Of a stretch of 64,000 nt of DNA, positions 60,569 through 64,000 are shown piece by piece. Where the stretch lies: the NCBI GenBank assembly GCA_963809485.1, contig CAWEJX010000016.1, positions 1 through 64,000 on the forward strand. Reading direction: 5' to 3'. The DNA comes from an uncultured Acidobacteriota bacterium (GTDB taxonomy: Bacteria; Acidobacteriota; UBA6911). The notes under the pieces are model-generated. The model was not told where the DNA came from. It saw nothing but the letters and a program-made list of their open reading frames with translations, and made no database searches. The translations under genes were made by a program, and so were the position numbers. Each line of letters opens with the position of its first letter. Within the stretch, counting starts at the first letter, position 1.

Positions 60569-60612
60569 GAAAAAGAAGCAGCCCCGCGGATTCCCCTGCG
60601 CCCTGCCATAAT

Positions 60613-60646
60613 TTTTCGTGAGGACGGTCTCTCCAGACCCGTCCGA
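60613..60646. repeat. REP-like hairpin related to 47231-47380
   Basis: ttttcgtgaggacggtctctccagacccgtcc. Confidence 0.5.
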
Positions 60647-60757
60647 TAATGCGCAAACCAGTCATCCGCCCATCCAAAATCGGACAGGGCTGTGCAGGCT
60701 TGGCACAAGCATTATCCGTGGAATGTGTCGGGTTTTTTTATGCTAGTCTATACTTCT

Positions 60758-61813
60758 ATGTACAAGGTCCACCCTGCGCTGGCGCCTGGGGCTTTTGCCG
60801 CCGGAATTCTCTACGAGGCGTTCCTGCGCGCCCGTAATGGCTTATATGCGCAGGGATTGCTGCACCAGCACCGGCTGGCGAAGCCCGTGATCAGCATCGG
60901 CAACCTAACCATGGGCGGATCCGGAAAAACCCCGCTGGTGATTCACGTCGCCCGGATCCTGGCGGAACTCGGGTTCGTGCCCGCCATTCTAAGCCGGGGA
61001 TACGGCAGGGATAAATCTGGACAAGAACACATTGTGCCTCCCGGCGAAAAAATTCCGGCCGCCGAAACCACACTCGGAGACGAGCCGGCACTGATTCGGC
61101 GACACCTCCCTTTCGTGTGGATGGGAATATCCAAAAACCGTTGCCGTACAGGCGCTGTCCTTTCCCGTCAACCGATGCGGGCCGTGTTCCTGCTGGATGA
61201 CGGGTTTCAGCATCGAAGGCTTCACCGTGATCTGGACATTGTCATCATAGATACGAGTCAGCCGTTGGCATCCAATCGCGTATTTCCGCGGGGAACTCTT
61301 CGCGAACCGCTATCGGAGTTGCGACGCTGCCACATGGTGGTGCTCAACGGCGAGCCTGAATCGGCTCATACGGTCGAATGCGAGGTCCGGAAGATCCACC
61401 CATTGGCCAGAATCCATCATTGCCGCCAGACAATCCGGGCTCTGGTGCCCTTTGCTTCCTGGCGGCTGGGCCAGGAACCTGCAGAGCATTCCGGCGGAGC
61501 GCTTTCGGCATTTCTGGCAGCTGCGCTCGGAAATCCTGAAAGGTTCCGGCGCGATGTCCTGCAATTGGGGATCGATGTTCGCGGGGTGCGCTTTTTTCGG
61601 GATCACTACCCGATCCGGCCGAAGGACTGGCTTGAGTGCGCCGCTGATGCACGCAGCAAGCGAGCGGATGCGCTGATCATCACGGAAAAAGATGCTGTTA
61701 AAATTTGGCATCCGCCTGATTTCCCCCTCCTGGTTGCGGTTCAGGAAACTGGGTTAACCGATGGGCAAGGATTTCAGGGCGTTCTGAGAGACTGCCTGAG
61801 GGAGTGCGAGTGA
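60758..61813 (+). CDS. lpxK: tetraacyldisaccharide 4'-kinase
   Basis: SIGNLTMGGSGKTP, SRGYG, GDEP, LDDGFQH, PRGTLRE, TEKDAVK. Confidence 0.95.
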   Translation: MYKVHPALAPGAFAAGILYEAFLRARNGLYAQGLLHQHRLAKPVISIGNLTMGGSGKTPLVIHVARILAELGFVPAILSRGYGRDKSGQEHIVPPGEKIPAAETTLGDEPALIRRHLPFVWMGISKNRCRTGAVLSRQPMRAVFLLDDGFQHRRLHRDLDIVIIDTSQPLASNRVFPRGTLREPLSELRRCHMVVLNGEPESAHTVECEVRKIHPLARIHHCRQTIRALVPFASWRLGQEPAEHSGGALSAFLAAALGNPERFRRDVLQLGIDVRGVRFFRDHYPIRPKDWLECAADARSKRADALIITEKDAVKIWHPPDFPLLVAVQETGLTDGQGFQGVLRDCLRECE

Positions 61814-62895
61814 GGCCAATACAGCCGGGCTCAGCCCGGAAGATTCTGATACGCGGCACCAACTGGGTCGGCGACGCCGTGATTTCCATCCCTGCGATGA
61901 AAGAGATCCGCCGGCTTTTCCCCGGCGCGCATATTTCCCTGCTCGTGCGCCCCTGGGTCCGGGACATCTATTCCGCGGCCGAATTCGTAGACGAAATCCT
62001 AGAGTACGACAGAGACGGTGTGCATCGAGGCCTCTCGGGATTTTTCCGCCTGATAGCGGATCTGAGGCGCCGCCGGTTCGACCTGGCAATTCTTCTGCAA
62101 AACGCCTTCGGGGCCGCCCTGATCGCCCGCTGCGCCGGGATTCCCGGCCGGATCGGATACGCTCGAGATGGGAGGAGCCCGCTGCTTACACACGCATGCC
62201 CCATAGATCCCGCCGTGCGGCGCGTCCATCAGGCGTATTACTACCTGGGCATTCTTTCCGGAATGGGGTGGCTGGAAGACCGCTTGTGGGAGAACCGCGG
62301 CTACACGCCATCCATCGGCGTACGGGTCCGTGAATCCGACCGGCTTGCGGCCGTCAAACTGCTGAGAGCCGCCGGCGTACGGGAAAAGGAAATGATCGTG
62401 GGCCTTAATCCCGGAGCCTTTTACGGTGAAGCCAAACGCTGGTTTCCCGATCGCTATGCCGCCGTAGCCGATGCACTGGCCCAACAATACGGCGCGCGCA
62501 TCGTCCTTTTTGGTTCGCCGGTGGATTTGCCCGTTGCCCGGGCGGTTGCCTCAAATATGAAGCAGGCGCCTGTCCTTTTGGCAGGCCGAACCACCCTGGG
62601 CGGACTCATGGGATTGATCCGCGAGTGCAGCCTTCTGATTACGAATGATTCGGGGCCGATGCATCTCGCGGCAGCGATGGACGTCCCGCAACTGGCAATC
62701 TTCGGGTCTACCAGCGATACGGCCACCGGGCCGCTCAGCCGCTATGCGACAGTCCTGAAGCATCCTGTCGAATGCAATCCGTGCTTTTTAAGAAAGTGCC
62801 CGACAGATTTCCGGTGCATGGAAGGCGTTTCGGTTGCGCAAGTCCTGGAAGCCGCCCGGGAGGCTCTTGATATTCAGGTCCGCGGCCGGGATTAG
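61804..62895 (+). CDS. waaF: LPS heptosyltransferase II
   Basis: NWVGDAV, LNPGAFYGEAKRW, TNDSGPMHLAAA, IFGST. Confidence 0.9.
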   Translation: MRVRPIQPGSARKILIRGTNWVGDAVISIPAMKEIRRLFPGAHISLLVRPWVRDIYSAAEFVDEILEYDRDGVHRGLSGFFRLIADLRRRRFDLAILLQNAFGAALIARCAGIPGRIGYARDGRSPLLTHACPIDPAVRRVHQAYYYLGILSGMGWLEDRLWENRGYTPSIGVRVRESDRLAAVKLLRAAGVREKEMIVGLNPGAFYGEAKRWFPDRYAAVADALAQQYGARIVLFGSPVDLPVARAVASNMKQAPVLLAGRTTLGGLMGLIRECSLLITNDSGPMHLAAAMDVPQLAIFGSTSDTATGPLSRYATVLKHPVECNPCFLRKCPTDFRCMEGVSVAQVLEAAREALDIQVRGRD

Positions 62896-63067
62896 GTCCG
62901 GTCATCCCCCAGGTGCCGGACGCCATCCGAATTCTCACGGCCGCGGATCTATCTCCACTCGCTGCCATTATATTTCCCGATCAGGGCGCAAAAAGTGATC
63001 CGGGTCACGTATAATAACGAATTGCGTATTCGGACGAAAAATTTGTTTCCCGTGAGATCTCATTGAT

Positions 63068-64000
63068 ATGCTGACACCCGAAATGCATCAGCAACTATGG
63101 AATATACTGAGTGGCTTCCCTTACCGGAAGATCCTTGTGGTCGGGGATCTCATCTCGGACGAGTTTCTTTACGGCCGGATCGCCAGGGTTTCGCGCGAAG
63201 CACCGGTTCTGGTCCTGGAGTACCGTGATCTGGTCCGCCTTCCCGGAGGTGCTGCCAACGCTGCGAACAACCTGCTGGATCTAGGCTGCAAAGTGGCAAT
63301 AGCCGGGGCAGTCGGAGATGATAAGCCGGGCAGAGACCTGGCAGCCATCCTGAAAGGCAAGGGCGCGCATACAGGCGGACTGCGCCTTATCCGCTCCATT
63401 GCCACGCCTGTGAAAACCCGCATCCTGGCGGGCGCACACCATTCCGCCCCGCAGCAGGTTGTCCGCGTGGACCGTGTACCCAATCCCGGCAGGCAGGCGC
63501 CTGCGGCGTGGAGCCTTATCCAGCGAAGTTTGCAGACGGCAGACGGGATCATCTTAAGCGATTACGGTTACGGCTCCATTTCCTCTCCCCTGACCGCCGG
63601 CCTGATCCGTGCAGCCAGGGAAAGGCGAATCCCGCTGGTCGTGGACTCAAGATTTTCGATGTCACAATACAGGGGCGTCACTTCCATCACCCCGAATATC
63701 ACGGAACTCGAAGCATCCACGGGCATCTCCATCGGCTCCGATGCAAAACTGCTGGCGAAAGTCGGCCGCCGTGTGCTGCATGAGCAGCGGCTGGGTTCCC
63801 TGCTGGTAACCCAGGGCCGGTTCGGCATGACGCTTTTTGAACCGCATAAGGCGCCGCTGCACATCCCCGTTTACGGCAGCGACGAAGTGGCGGATGTCAC
63901 CGGGGCCGGCGATACGGTCATCGCGGTCTTCACGCTGGCGCTTTCCTGCGGCGCCACTCCCGAGCAGGCGGCGCGGCTTGCCAACTATGCCGGAGGCATT
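63068..64000 (+). CDS. heptose-7-phosphate kinase (RfaE/HldE kinase domain, PfkB family), runs off window
   Basis: VVGDLISDEFLYG..RVSREAPV, PGGAAN, SDYG, TPN, DVTGAGDTV. Confidence 0.88.
   Translation, partial: MLTPEMHQQLWNILSGFPYRKILVVGDLISDEFLYGRIARVSREAPVLVLEYRDLVRLPGGAANAANNLLDLGCKVAIAGAVGDDKPGRDLAAILKGKGAHTGGLRLIRSIATPVKTRILAGAHHSAPQQVVRVDRVPNPGRQAPAAWSLIQRSLQTADGIILSDYGYGSISSPLTAGLIRAARERRIPLVVDSRFSMSQYRGVTSITPNITELEASTGISIGSDAKLLAKVGRRVLHEQRLGSLLVTQGRFGMTLFEPHKAPLHIPVYGSDEVADVTGAGDTVIAVFTLALSCGATPEQAARLANYAGGI

Overview
Bacterial chromosomal segment, probably from an Acidobacteriota-like diderm. This is inferred from Oar-type TonB receptors, Ser/Thr kinase-beta-propeller and winged-helix-TPR proteins, and LPS genes. 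Housekeeping genes include aspartokinase, cysK, pfkA, serA, pheA, leuA, an argR-C-B-D-A-J operon with ARG boxes, and lpxK-waaF-heptose kinase. A decayed ~13.9 kb island lies at tRNA-Arg(UCU): a degenerate 3' tRNA copy sits at 14375-14417, and the island carries AlpA, a truncated ParA-like gene, IS1-family elements, toxin-antitoxin genes and secreted hydrolase cargo, but no visible integrase. The most striking feature is a fabH - acyl-CoA dehydrogenase - type I PKS - PPTase operon (34683-46739). Its 2815-aa synthase has the order KS-AT-KS-ACP-ACP-ACP-KR-DH, with two apparently catalytic KS domains, and all three ACPs have Thr (GIDT) where the phosphopantetheine-accepting Ser normally lies. Intergenic DNA holds several small repeat families: non-autonomous IS200/IS605-like elements, a 166-bp MITE, REP-like hairpins and 7/8-bp periodic tracts. 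Frameshifts in the first ~7 kb look like sequencing indels. All assignments come from motif recognition by eye; no database searches were run.
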